64,000 bases of DNA from Sneathiellales bacterium. GTDB taxonomy: Bacteria > Pseudomonadota > Alphaproteobacteria > JANQFL01. The notes under the pieces were generated by a model. It was not told the DNA's origin. It saw only the letters and a program-made list of their open reading frames with translations, and made no database searches. Of the stretch, positions 35,135 through 44,969 are shown one piece after another. The position numbers were made by a program, and so were the translations under genes. The stretch covers positions 5,553 to 69,552 of the forward strand of contig JANQFL010000075.1 of NCBI GenBank assembly GCA_028277845.1, read 5' to 3'. Each line of letters starts with the position of its first letter. Position 1 is the stretch's first letter.

Positions 35135-37932
35135 ACGAAGCCGCCCCCTTGACCCAGACCGGCGACGCCGGCCGCGAAATCGCCTTCAACGTCAACGGCC
35201 AGCGCGTAACCGTCGACGTGCCGCCGGTCAAGCGCCTTTCCGACGTGCTGCGCGACGATCTGGGCCTGACCGGCACCAAGATCGGCTGCAATGCCGGCGA
35301 TTGCGGCGCCTGTTCGGTGCTGGTCGGCGGCAAGCTGGTGTGCGGCTGCCTGACGCCGGTCTCCCAGGCCGAGGACACCCTGGTGGTGACGGTCGAGGGG
35401 CTCAAGGCCCACGGCACGCTCAGCCGCGTGCAGCAGGCCTTCCAGAAACACGGTGCGGCCCAGTGCGGCATCTGCACGCCCGGCATGCTGATGGCGTCGG
35501 TCGCGCTGCTCGGCGGCAAGGAAAAGCCGAGCGAGGAGGACATCCGCGATGCCCTGGGCGGCGTTCTGTGCCGCTGCACCGGCTACGGCAAGATCGTCGA
35601 CGCGGTCAAGGACGCGGTCAATCACACCTTCGATCCGGCATTGGAGCCCGAGACCGGCGCCGCCGTCGGCGCCCGGCTGGAAAAGGTCGACGGCCTGCCG
35701 CGCGTCACCGGCGAAACCCTGTTCGGCGCCGACGGCATTCCCGCCGGCGCCCTGTGGCTTCGGGCCGTGCGTTCGCCCCATGCCAGCGCCAGGGTCACGC
35801 TCGGAGACTTCGCGCCGCTGCTCGCCGCCCATCCCGGACTGGAGCGGGTGCTGACCCACGCCGACGTGCCGTTCAACGGCTTCGGCATCTATCCCGACAT
35901 CAAGGACCAGCCGGTCCTGGCCCGGGACGTGGTGCGCCATCGCGGCGAGGCCGTGGTGGCCCTGGTCGGCGACAAGGACACGGTGGAAGCCATCGACCTC
36001 GACACTCTGCCCATCACCTACGAACCGCTGCCCGCCGTCGACGGACTCGAAGCCGCGCTGGCCGCCGGCGCACACGCGGTCCAGGCGGACAAGCCGGACA
36101 ACATTCTCATCCGCGGCCGGGTGGTCTCGGGCGACGCCGACGGGGCGCTGGACAGCGCGGCCCACGTGGCCACGGGGTCGTTCAATACCCGCTTCGTCGA
36201 ACATGCCTACATCGAACCGGAGGCGGGCTACGCCGAGCGGGTCGGCGACCGGCTGGAGCTGCATGTCAGCACCCAGGCGCCCTACATGGACCGGGACGAA
36301 GTGGCCAACGTCATGGGCATTGCCCAGGAAGACGTGCGCATCATTCCCACAGCCTGCGGCGGCGGCTTCGGCGGCAAGCTGGACCTGGGCCTGCAGCCGC
36401 TGATCGCTGTGGCGGCGTGGCTGACCGGCAAGCCGGTGGCCTGTGTTTACACAAGGCCCGAATCCATGGCCTCGTCGACCAAGCGTCATCCGTCCAACAT
36501 CGATGTGCGCATGGGCTGCGACGCCGACGGCACCCTGACCGGTTTCGATTTTTCCGGCGACTTCGACACCGGCGCCTATGCCTCGTGGGGACCGACCGTG
36601 GCCGGGCGGGTACCGGTGCATGCCTCGGGGCCCTACAAGGTGCCCCACGTCAGGGCCTTATCGGCCGGCGTCTTCACCAACAACCCGCCGTCGGGCGCCT
36701 TCCGCGGCTTCGGCGTGCCCCAGGCCGCCATCGCCCAGGAAACCATGCTCGACGACCTGGCCGGACAATGCGGCCTGGACCGGCTGGAGATCCGGCACAA
36801 AAATGCCATCCGCGCCGGCGACACCACGCCGTGCGGCCAGACCCTGCAGGCCAGCGCCGGACTGGCGGCCTGCCTCGAAGCCCTGCAACCCCACTGGTCC
36901 GCCATGCTGGACGACGCCAAGCGGTTCAACGGGTCGGGCAACGGCGCTGTCCGTCGGGGCGCCGGCATCGGCTGCATGTGGTACGGCATCGGCAATACGG
37001 GCATGTCCAACCCGTCCACCATGCGGGTCGTGCTGGGCCGAGAAGGCGCGGTGACGCTCTACAACGGCGCGGTCGATATCGGCCAGGGCTCCAACACCAT
37101 CTTCGCGCAAATCTGCGCCGATGCCCTGGGCGTGCCGGTTGGGCTGATCCGCCAGGTCAACGGCGACACCGATCTGACCGCCGATGCCGGCAAGACCTCG
37201 GCCTCGCGCCAGACCTATGTGTCGGGCAAGGCCGTCGAGCTGGCCGCCGCCGATCTGCGGGCGCAGATCCTGCGCCAGGTCAACGCCGGGCCGGACAGCC
37301 GCATCGCCATCGCGGACGGCGCCGTCACGGTGAGCGACGGCGAAACGTCCCACCGCATCGACCTGGCCGGCCTGCCGGTGATGGACGGCGAGGACGGCGG
37401 TGTTCTGGCCGGCCACGGCACCTTCGATCCGCCGACCCAGCCGCTCGACGAGGACGGCCAGGGCGTGCCCTATGCCTGCTACGGTTTCGCGGCACAGATC
37501 ATCTCGGTCGACGTCGACGTCGAGCTGGGCACCGTCAAGGTCAATCGGATCGTCGCCGCCCACGATGTCGGCAAGGCGGTCAACCCGATCCAGGTGGAAG
37601 GGCAGATCCAGGGTGGCATCGCCCAGGGCCTCGGCCTGGCGCTGATGGAGGAATACCACTCCGGCGTCACCGACAATCTGCACGACTACCTCATCCCCAC
37701 CATCGGCGACGTGCCCGACATCGACGTCATCATCGTCGAGGACGGCGAGCCGACCGGTCCGTCAGGCGCCAAGGGCGTCGGCGAGCCCGGCCTGGTGCCG
37801 ACACCGCCGGCCATCCTCAGCGCCATCAAGGACGCCACCGGCGTGCGCATCACCGAAGTGCCGGCGACGCCCCACCGCGTGCGCGCCGCGTTGCGTGACG
37901 CGGGCATCGCCCGCAGGGAGAACGGACAATGA
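35131..37932 (+). CDS. Fused [2Fe-2S] + molybdopterin-binding subunit of a xanthine-dehydrogenase-family hydroxylase
   Basis: N-terminal CNAGDCGACSV and CGICTPG 2Fe-2S motifs, followed by ~780 aa of aldehyde oxidase/xanthine dehydrogenase a/b hammerhead and Moco domains (GGGFGGK; GVGEPG). Confidence 0.9.
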   Translation: MNEAAPLTQTGDAGREIAFNVNGQRVTVDVPPVKRLSDVLRDDLGLTGTKIGCNAGDCGACSVLVGGKLVCGCLTPVSQAEDTLVVTVEGLKAHGTLSRVQQAFQKHGAAQCGICTPGMLMASVALLGGKEKPSEEDIRDALGGVLCRCTGYGKIVDAVKDAVNHTFDPALEPETGAAVGARLEKVDGLPRVTGETLFGADGIPAGALWLRAVRSPHASARVTLGDFAPLLAAHPGLERVLTHADVPFNGFGIYPDIKDQPVLARDVVRHRGEAVVALVGDKDTVEAIDLDTLPITYEPLPAVDGLEAALAAGAHAVQADKPDNILIRGRVVSGDADGALDSAAHVATGSFNTRFVEHAYIEPEAGYAERVGDRLELHVSTQAPYMDRDEVANVMGIAQEDVRIIPTACGGGFGGKLDLGLQPLIAVAAWLTGKPVACVYTRPESMASSTKRHPSNIDVRMGCDADGTLTGFDFSGDFDTGAYASWGPTVAGRVPVHASGPYKVPHVRALSAGVFTNNPPSGAFRGFGVPQAAIAQETMLDDLAGQCGLDRLEIRHKNAIRAGDTTPCGQTLQASAGLAACLEALQPHWSAMLDDAKRFNGSGNGAVRRGAGIGCMWYGIGNTGMSNPSTMRVVLGREGAVTLYNGAVDIGQGSNTIFAQICADALGVPVGLIRQVNGDTDLTADAGKTSASRQTYVSGKAVELAAADLRAQILRQVNAGPDSRIAIADGAVTVSDGETSHRIDLAGLPVMDGEDGGVLAGHGTFDPPTQPLDEDGQGVPYACYGFAAQIISVDVDVELGTVKVNRIVAAHDVGKAVNPIQVEGQIQGGIAQGLGLALMEEYHSGVTDNLHDYLIPTIGDVPDIDVIIVEDGEPTGPSGAKGVGEPGLVPTPPAILSAIKDATGVRITEVPATPHRVRAALRDAGIARRENGQ

Positions 37933-39425
37933 GTGAAGCCCCGGCCATGGACACGGACGACGGCACCGCCAAGTCCGATGTCATCCGCTGCGACGCCTGT
38001 CCGGTGCTGTGCCGCATCCGCGACGGTAAGACCGGCGCCTGCGACCGCTACGCCAATTTCGACGGTGTGCTGACCCGCATCGATCCGCTGGTCATCGCCC
38101 AGCAGACGGTCGAGGAGGGCGGCAAGCTGGTGCCCTTCCTGCAGGGCGCCGAGGACTGGGACGGCACGCTGGTGTCCGGCGCCGCCAGCTTCGTCACCGG
38201 TGTCGGTTCGGGCACCACCTATCCCGACTACAAGCCGGCACCGTTTATCGTCGGCAGCCAGGTCGACGGCATCGACATGGTCACCGTGGTGTCCGAGGGC
38301 ATCTTCTCCTATTGCGGCCTCAAGGCGAAAATCGACACCGACCGTTATCTCGGCCCGGAACAGGCGGCGGTACGCTGCGAAGGCGAACAGGTCGGCCACG
38401 TCACCACGGCGGAATACGGCTCGCAGATGCTGTCCATCGGCGGTGTGCGGCATCTGACCGGCGGTTCCAAGAAGGAAGGCAACGTCACCTGCCAGGCCAT
38501 GCTCGATTTGAGCAACGGCGATCCGGTGGAGCTGACCGTAGACGACGGTGCCACCATCGTGGTGCAGGCGGGCCGGCCGCCGGTGATCGACGGCGTGTGC
38601 GAGGAACGCATGCGGGTCGGCTGCGGTTCTGCGGCCATCGGCATGTTCGCCAAGCAATGGGCCGAGCACGCGGACGAGGTCATCGTCGTCGACGACCACA
38701 TCACCGGCGTATTGACCGAACACCAGGCTGGCCGCTTCCTCGACATGAAACCGGCAGGGATTCGTGTCAGGGGACGCAAATCGACACCCGGGCGCTATTT
38801 CCAGGTGGCCAATCACGGCAGCGGCTGGGGCGGCACCGACGTCACCGACCCGACCGAGATCATCGACACCATCAACCCGAAGACGGCGTGGCCGGGCCTT
38901 CGCCTGCTGATGGTCAGCACGACGGGCGAGGATTCCGCCTGGTACGTGCTCGACGACGACCTCAAGCCGGTGCAGACCGACGCGCCCGATCCGATCCTCA
39001 ACGCCGTCGACCGCATCGCCGAGAACTGCGAACCGGCGCTCTGTTCGGTCCTGTTCATGGCCGGCGCGGGCGGCAGCCTGCGCGCGGGCGTGACGGAAAA
39101 CCCGGTGCGCCTGACCCGCTCGGTCAAGGACACGTTGACCCGGGTGACCAGCGGCGGCGCGCCGGTCTATGTCTGGCCGGGCGGCGGCATCACCATCATG
39201 GTCGACGTCCTGCGCATGCCGGAAAACTCGTTTGGCTACGTGCCGACCCCGGCGCTGGTGGCGCCCATCGAATTCACCATGACCCGCGACGACTACGCGG
39301 CGCTCGGCGGCTACATGGATAGTATTGTCGAGCTCGACACCGTGCTCGGCCAGCACCGCCACAAGGCCGAGCGCTGGCGCATCGACAATCCCTGGCCGGT
39401 GCAACCGGCGCGGGCGGAGGACTGA
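37929..39425 (+). CDS. Conserved Cys-rich protein, 6-hydroxynicotinate-reductase-like (annotation recalled, not verified)
   Basis: ATGA overlap with the upstream gene. N-terminal IRCDACPVLCRIRDGKTGACDRYAN cluster motif. 498 aa. Confidence 0.6.
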   Translation: MSEAPAMDTDDGTAKSDVIRCDACPVLCRIRDGKTGACDRYANFDGVLTRIDPLVIAQQTVEEGGKLVPFLQGAEDWDGTLVSGAASFVTGVGSGTTYPDYKPAPFIVGSQVDGIDMVTVVSEGIFSYCGLKAKIDTDRYLGPEQAAVRCEGEQVGHVTTAEYGSQMLSIGGVRHLTGGSKKEGNVTCQAMLDLSNGDPVELTVDDGATIVVQAGRPPVIDGVCEERMRVGCGSAAIGMFAKQWAEHADEVIVVDDHITGVLTEHQAGRFLDMKPAGIRVRGRKSTPGRYFQVANHGSGWGGTDVTDPTEIIDTINPKTAWPGLRLLMVSTTGEDSAWYVLDDDLKPVQTDAPDPILNAVDRIAENCEPALCSVLFMAGAGGSLRAGVTENPVRLTRSVKDTLTRVTSGGAPVYVWPGGGITIMVDVLRMPENSFGYVPTPALVAPIEFTMTRDDYAALGGYMDSIVELDTVLGQHRHKAERWRIDNPWPVQPARAED

Positions 39426-39427
39426 GC

Positions 39428-40294
39428 ATGACCGCCGTCGCCGCCCTGCTCAACGACGGACGGCTGCACCTGCAGCACGGACCCATCGACCTGATCATCG
39501 GCGCCGATGGTGAGGCGGGCGAGGTGCGAGCCGCCTACGGCCAGGCCCGTGAACGTTTCGCCACCATCCTCGACGAACTGGTCGCCGAACTGCCCCGGCT
39601 GCGCACGGCGGTTGGTGACGTGTTCCCGCTGTTCTCCGGCACCACGGCGCGGCGCATGGCCGACGCGGTGTGGCCGCACCGCAACTGTTTCGTCACGCCC
39701 ATGGCGGCGGTGGCCGGTGCCGTGGCGGACGAAGTCCTGGACGCCATGGCCACGAACCGCACGCTGCGCCGCGCCTACGTCAACAACGGCGGCGACATCG
39801 CCCTGCATCTGACACCCGGCACGTCCTACCGTTCCGGCGTGGTGGCCAACCAGGACGACCCGGCCATCGACGCATTGACCACCGTGTCCGCCGAGCAGGC
39901 CGTGCGCGGCATCGCCACCTCGGGCTGGCGCGGCCGGTCGCAAAGCCTGGGCATTGCCGATTCGGTGACGGTGCTGGCAGCCAGCGCGGCGCAGGCCGAC
40001 GTGGCGGCGACGCTGATCGCCAACGCGGTCGACGCCGACGACCCGGCCATAGAACGCACGCCGGCCAACGATCTCCGCGACGACACCGACCTCGGTGATT
40101 TGCCGGTGACCGTTTCCGTGCCCGATACATTGCCGGACGAAACCGTCGCGGCGGCACTGGCATCGGGCCGGGCGCGGGCGGCAGAAATTCTCGAACAAGG
40201 ATTGATCGCCGCGGCGCTGATCGTGCTGCACGGACGGCAGGTGGTCGTCGGCGGCCAGCAGGAAACCCGGCTCAAGGGAGTGATGGATCGATGA
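39428..40294 (+). CDS. UPF0280 family (ApbE-like fold) protein
   Basis: Starts 3 nt after the upstream stop. LHLQHGPIDLIIGADG.. and ..NNGGDIALH resemble the UPF0280/ApbE-like families as I recall them. Confidence 0.55.
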   Translation: MTAVAALLNDGRLHLQHGPIDLIIGADGEAGEVRAAYGQARERFATILDELVAELPRLRTAVGDVFPLFSGTTARRMADAVWPHRNCFVTPMAAVAGAVADEVLDAMATNRTLRRAYVNNGGDIALHLTPGTSYRSGVVANQDDPAIDALTTVSAEQAVRGIATSGWRGRSQSLGIADSVTVLAASAAQADVAATLIANAVDADDPAIERTPANDLRDDTDLGDLPVTVSVPDTLPDETVAAALASGRARAAEILEQGLIAAALIVLHGRQVVVGGQQETRLKGVMDR

Positions 40295-40878
40295 GTGACC
40301 GGATTCGCGTACGCAAGATCGTGACGGTGGTGGAGGACGTGCTCCACGAAGGCGGGCCGCCGGCCGATCCGCCCTTGAAGCGCGGCGCCATCATGGTGGT
40401 GCTGGAAAACCCCTTCGCCGGCCGTTACGAGCCTGAGCTGGAACCGATGATGAAGGAACTGGAGCCCCTGGGCCTGGAGCTGTCGAACCGGTTGATCGCG
40501 GCCATGGGCGGCGATGCCTCGGTCATTACCAGCTACGGCAAGGGCTCCATCGTCGGCGCGGCGGGCGAACTGGAACACGGCGCCCTGTGGCACGCACCGG
40601 GCGGCTACGCCATGCGCGAGACCCTGGGCGGCGCCATGGCCATCGTGCCGTCGACCAAGAAGGTGGGCGGCGTCGGCACCCGTATCGACATTCCCATCAC
40701 CCACAAGGATGCGGCCTATGTGCGCAGCCACTTCGACGCCATGGAAATTGGTGTGCCGGACGCGCCGAAGGACGACGAAATCGTATTTGCGCTGGTCATG
40801 ACGACCGGCGGCCGGGTCCATGCCCGCATGGGCGGGTTGCAGGCCGAAGACATTAAGGGAGAAGACGGCTTGCGGTAA
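40291..40878 (+). CDS. Amino-acid-synthesis family protein (DUF1185/AA_synth, PF06684-like)
   Basis: ATGA overlap. IRVRKIVTVVEDVLHEGGP..KRGAIMVVLENPFAGRY is the pattern I associate with this family. Confidence 0.55.
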   Translation: MSDRIRVRKIVTVVEDVLHEGGPPADPPLKRGAIMVVLENPFAGRYEPELEPMMKELEPLGLELSNRLIAAMGGDASVITSYGKGSIVGAAGELEHGALWHAPGGYAMRETLGGAMAIVPSTKKVGGVGTRIDIPITHKDAAYVRSHFDAMEIGVPDAPKDDEIVFALVMTTGGRVHARMGGLQAEDIKGEDGLR

Positions 40879-40954
40879 ACGCCATGGCGTCGGTCATTGG
40901 CGTCATTCAACCATAATCACGACAAACGAAGACAGCAGCAACGAGGAGGAAGTC

Positions 40955-42169
40955 ATGATTACACGCAGAGGCATTCTGGCCGGTCTTGGCCTAACGGTCG
41001 CCGCCACCATGTGGGGCACGGCCGGTCCGTCGCTCGCCGCCGATACCATCAAGATCGGCGAGATCAACAGCTACACCCGCCTGCCGGCGTTCACTATCCC
41101 CTACCGCAACGGCTGGCAGCTCGCCGTCGAGGAAATCAATGCGGCCGGCGGCGTGCTCGGCAAGCCGCTCCAGATCATCAGCCGCGACGACGCCGGCAAG
41201 CCCGGCAACGCGGTCAAGATCGCCGAGGAACTGGTGAGCAAGGACAAGGTGGTCATGCTGGCCGGCACGTTCTTCTCGCATATCGGTCTGGCCGTCACCG
41301 ACTTCGCCAAGCAGCGCAAGGTGATGTTCCTGGCCTCCGAGCCGCTCAGCGACGCCATCGTCTGGGCCAAGGGCAACGACTACACCTTCCGCCTGCGGCC
41401 TTCCACGTCCATGCAGGCCACCATGCTGGCCGAGCAGGCGGCCAAGCTGCCGGCCAAACGCTGGGCCACCATCGCGCCGAACTACAAGTACGGCCAGGAC
41501 GCGGTTGCCGCGTTCAAGGCGGCGCTGAAGGCGCGCAAGCCCGACGTGGAGTTCGTCGAGGAACAATGGCCGGCGCTGTTCAAGATCGACGCTGGCGCCA
41601 CCGTGCGCGCCATCGCCGCGGCAAAGCCCGACGCCATTTACAACGTCACCTTCGGCGGCGACCTGGCCAAGTTCGTGCGCGAGGGCAGCCTGCGCGGCCT
41701 GTTCAAGGGCAGGGAAGTGGTCAGTCTGCTGACCGGTGAGCCGGAATACCTCGACCCGCTGAAAAAGGAAGCCCCGGACGGCTGGATCGTCACCGGCTAT
41801 CCCTGGTACGCCATCGACACGCCGGCGCACAAGAAATTCGTCGCCGCCTATCAGGCCAAGTTCGACGACTATCCGCGCACCGGTTCGATCGTCGGCTACA
41901 ACACCATGCTGGCCATCGCGGCGACCATCAGGAAGGCCGGCTCGACCGACCGCGACAAGATGATCGCGGCCATGAAGGGCATCAGCTTCGATTCGCCGAC
42001 CGGCAACGTCACCTTCCGCAGCGTCGACCACCAGTCCACCATGGGCGCCTATGTGGGCCGCACGGCGGTCAAGGACGGCAAGGGCGTGATGGTCGATTGG
42101 GTCTACGCGGACGGCGCCAACTACCTGCCGAACGAGGCCGAGACCCGCAAACTGCGGCCGGCCAACTAA
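40955..42169 (+). CDS. HAAT-family (Leu/Ile/Val-type) ABC substrate-binding protein
   Basis: GAGGAGGA RBS. Signal peptide MITRRGILAGLGLTVAATMWGTAGPSLAA followed by DTIKIGEINSYT.. (type I PBP). Confidence 0.85.
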   Translation: MITRRGILAGLGLTVAATMWGTAGPSLAADTIKIGEINSYTRLPAFTIPYRNGWQLAVEEINAAGGVLGKPLQIISRDDAGKPGNAVKIAEELVSKDKVVMLAGTFFSHIGLAVTDFAKQRKVMFLASEPLSDAIVWAKGNDYTFRLRPSTSMQATMLAEQAAKLPAKRWATIAPNYKYGQDAVAAFKAALKARKPDVEFVEEQWPALFKIDAGATVRAIAAAKPDAIYNVTFGGDLAKFVREGSLRGLFKGREVVSLLTGEPEYLDPLKKEAPDGWIVTGYPWYAIDTPAHKKFVAAYQAKFDDYPRTGSIVGYNTMLAIAATIRKAGSTDRDKMIAAMKGISFDSPTGNVTFRSVDHQSTMGAYVGRTAVKDGKGVMVDWVYADGANYLPNEAETRKLRPAN

Positions 42170-42288
42170 TCGGCCGGACGACGGCGGCATCCCGCGCATC
42201 CCCCGTGCGGGATGCCGCCACCTTTGCTGGCTTCGGCCTTTGATTTGGCCTGGGATTTCGTGTTCCCTGTTTCTATTGAGGTACGGGC

Positions 42289-44145
42289 GTGGGCTTTTAT
42301 TTTGCGCAATTCCTGACCGGACTGGCCAGCGCGGCGTCGCTGTTCCTGGTGGCATCGGGGCTGTCGATCATCTTCGGCGTCACCCGCATCGTCAACTTCG
42401 CCCACGGCTCGTTCTACATGCTGGGCGCCTATCTGGCCTACACCCTGGTCGACGCCTGGCAGGCCGGGCCGTTCGGCTTCTGGGGCGCGGTGATCATCGC
42501 CGCCGTCGCCGTCGGTTTTATCGGTGCGGCCATCGAATTCCTGCTGCTGCGCCGCATCTACCACGCGCCCGAGATGTTCCAGCTGGTCGCCACCTTCGGC
42601 GTGGTGCTGGTGATCCAGGACCTGACGCTGATGATCTGGGGCGCCGAAGACCTGGTCGGCCCGCGCGCGCCCGGCCTGGACGGCGCCGTCGAAATTTTCG
42701 GCGAGCTGGTACCGGAATATGACTTGGCCCTGATTGTGCTCGGCCCGGCCGTACTGGGCGGCCTGTGGCTGCTGTTCAATCGCACCCGCTGGGGCACCCT
42801 GGTGCGCGCCGCGACCCAGGACCGGGAAATGGTCGGCGCGCTGGGCGTCAACCAGTCCTGGCTGTTCACCGGCGTGTTCTTTCTCGGTTCGTTGCTGGCC
42901 GGGCTGGGCGGCGCACTACAGGTACCGCGCGAGGCGGTCAGCCTGCTCATGGACCTCAACATCATCGCCGAGGCCTTCGTCGTCGTGGTCATCGGCGGCA
43001 TGGGCTCGATCCCCGGCGCCTTCCTCGCCGCCGTGCTGCTGGGCGAGATGAACGCCTTCGGCATCCTCATCTTCCCGCAGATCACATTGGTCATGATGTT
43101 CCTGGTCATGGCGGTGGTCCTGGTGGTGCGGCCGTGGGGCCTGTTGGGCAAGGCCGAAGCCGCGGCGCGGCCGCCGTCGGGCGCCGCCGAACCGCCGCTG
43201 CGCGTCGCCGGCGGCATGATGCGCTGGCTCGCCATGGGCGGCCTGGCGGTACTGCTGCTGCTGCCGTTCCTGACGGACGAGTTCACCCTGGTCCTGCTCA
43301 TCGATATCATGGTGTTCGCCCTGTTCGCCGCCAGCCTGCACTTCATCATGGGTGCGGGCGGCATGGTGTCGTTCGGCCACGCCGCCTATTTCGGCCTCGG
43401 CGCCTACGGCGCGGCGCTGCTGATCAAGTTCCTGTCCATGCCCATGGAACTGACGTTGATCCTGGCGCCGGTCATCGCCGGCATCGGCGCGCTGGCGTTC
43501 GGCTGGTTCTGCGTGCGGCTCAGTGGCGTCTATCTCGCCATGCTCAGCATGGCGTTTGCCCAGATCGCCTGGTCGGTGGTGTTCCAGTGGTACGAGGTCA
43601 CCGGCGGCGATGACGGTCTCTTGGGCATCTGGCCGTCCGAGTGGGCCAGCGACAAGACCGTGTTCTATTACCTGACCATTGCCGTCTGTGGCGGCGGCAT
43701 CTGGGCGCTGCGCCGCATCCTGTTCGCGCCGTTCGGCTATACCCTCAGGGCCGGACGGGATTCGGCGCTGCGCGTCGACGCCATCGGCATCGACCTGCGC
43801 CGGCACCAGTGGTTCTCGTTCGCCCTGGCCGGGATGTTCGCGGGCATTGCCGGTACCATCTATGTCTTTTCCAAGGGCAGCGTATTCCCCGACGAGATGT
43901 CGATCCCGCGCTCCGTCGACGGCCTGATCATGGTGCTGCTGGGCGGTGTGCAGACCGTGGCCGGGCCGGTCGTCGGCGCGGCATCGCTGACACTGCTCGA
44001 GGACTTCATCTCGCGCCTCGATTACTGGCGCATGATGCTGGGTGCGGTGGTGATCGCCATCGTCGTGGCGGCGCCCCAGGGTATCGCCGGGGCTTTCCTG
44101 CAACTCATTCCGGCGCGCTGGACCGGACGGGAGGAAACGGCATGA
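42289..44145 (+). CDS. Fused LivH-LivM-type ABC permease
   Basis: 618 aa and hydrophobic throughout. The N-half resembles LivH (GLSIIFGVTRIVNFAHGSFYMLGAY), the C-half LivM (GGMVSFGHAAYFGLGAY). GTG start. Confidence 0.85.
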   Translation: MGFYFAQFLTGLASAASLFLVASGLSIIFGVTRIVNFAHGSFYMLGAYLAYTLVDAWQAGPFGFWGAVIIAAVAVGFIGAAIEFLLLRRIYHAPEMFQLVATFGVVLVIQDLTLMIWGAEDLVGPRAPGLDGAVEIFGELVPEYDLALIVLGPAVLGGLWLLFNRTRWGTLVRAATQDREMVGALGVNQSWLFTGVFFLGSLLAGLGGALQVPREAVSLLMDLNIIAEAFVVVVIGGMGSIPGAFLAAVLLGEMNAFGILIFPQITLVMMFLVMAVVLVVRPWGLLGKAEAAARPPSGAAEPPLRVAGGMMRWLAMGGLAVLLLLPFLTDEFTLVLLIDIMVFALFAASLHFIMGAGGMVSFGHAAYFGLGAYGAALLIKFLSMPMELTLILAPVIAGIGALAFGWFCVRLSGVYLAMLSMAFAQIAWSVVFQWYEVTGGDDGLLGIWPSEWASDKTVFYYLTIAVCGGGIWALRRILFAPFGYTLRAGRDSALRVDAIGIDLRRHQWFSFALAGMFAGIAGTIYVFSKGSVFPDEMSIPRSVDGLIMVLLGGVQTVAGPVVGAASLTLLEDFISRLDYWRMMLGAVVIAIVVAAPQGIAGAFLQLIPARWTGREETA

Positions 44146-44969
44146 CGAACGTGTCCAATCCCGTGCTTGCGGTCCGGGGGCTGAGCAAATCGTTCGGCGG
44201 CGTGCATGCCGTCGCCGACGTCAACTTCTTCCTCGACGCCGGTGAACTGCTGGCGCTGATCGGCCCCAATGGCGCCGGCAAGACCACCTGCTTCAACATG
44301 CTGAACGGCCAACTCCCGCCCGATGCCGGTTCGGTCAAGCTGCAGGGCAGGGAACTGGTCGGCATGACGCCGCGCCAGGTCTGGCGCCTGGGTGTCGGCC
44401 GGACGTTCCAGATCACCGCCACCTTCGCCTCCATGACCGTGCGCGAGAACGTGCAGATGGCGCTGATCTCCCACCACAAGCGCATCCGGGCCCTGTGGCG
44501 CCGCACCGGCGACCACTATGCCGACGAGGCCCTGGCGCTCCTGGACCGGGTCGGCATGGCGGAACAGGCGGAACGGGCCTGCGGCGTGCTGGCCTACGGG
44601 GATCTCAAGCGGGTCGAACTGGCGGTGGCGCTCGCCAACGAACCACAGTTGCTGTTGATGGATGAACCCACGGCCGGCATGGCACCGCAGGAGCGCATCG
44701 ACCTGATGGCCCTGACCGCCGGCATCGTGCGTGAACGCAGCATCAGCGTGCTGTTCACCGAACACGACATGGACGTGGTGTTCGCCCACTCCGACCGGGT
44801 CATGGTGCTCAACCGCGGCGAACTGGTGGCCGAGGGCAGCCCGGCCGCCGTGCGCGCCGACCCGCTGGTGCAGGAGATCTATCTGGGCGCGGGGTCGACT
44901 TTCGGATCCGACGAACAGCCGGCAGCCACCACAACGGCCGATGCCGCGGCGGGAGGGACCCATGCTTGA
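44142..44969 (+). CDS. HAAT ABC ATP-binding protein (LivG-like)
   Basis: ATGA overlap. Walker A GPNGAGKTT, signature YGDLKRVE.., Walker B LLLMDEPTAGM. Confidence 0.85.
   Translation: MTNVSNPVLAVRGLSKSFGGVHAVADVNFFLDAGELLALIGPNGAGKTTCFNMLNGQLPPDAGSVKLQGRELVGMTPRQVWRLGVGRTFQITATFASMTVRENVQMALISHHKRIRALWRRTGDHYADEALALLDRVGMAEQAERACGVLAYGDLKRVELAVALANEPQLLLMDEPTAGMAPQERIDLMALTAGIVRERSISVLFTEHDMDVVFAHSDRVMVLNRGELVAEGSPAAVRADPLVQEIYLGAGSTFGSDEQPAATTTADAAAGGTHA

Noticed and set aside
34837-39404. 603-aa and 572-aa minus-strand ORFs and the 865-aa alternative plus-frame ORF (35301..37898) across the Mo-hydroxylase genes
   Set aside because: Extreme Arg/Gly/Pro composition with no motifs. The chosen frame carries 2Fe-2S and Moco signatures and tight start/stop coupling.
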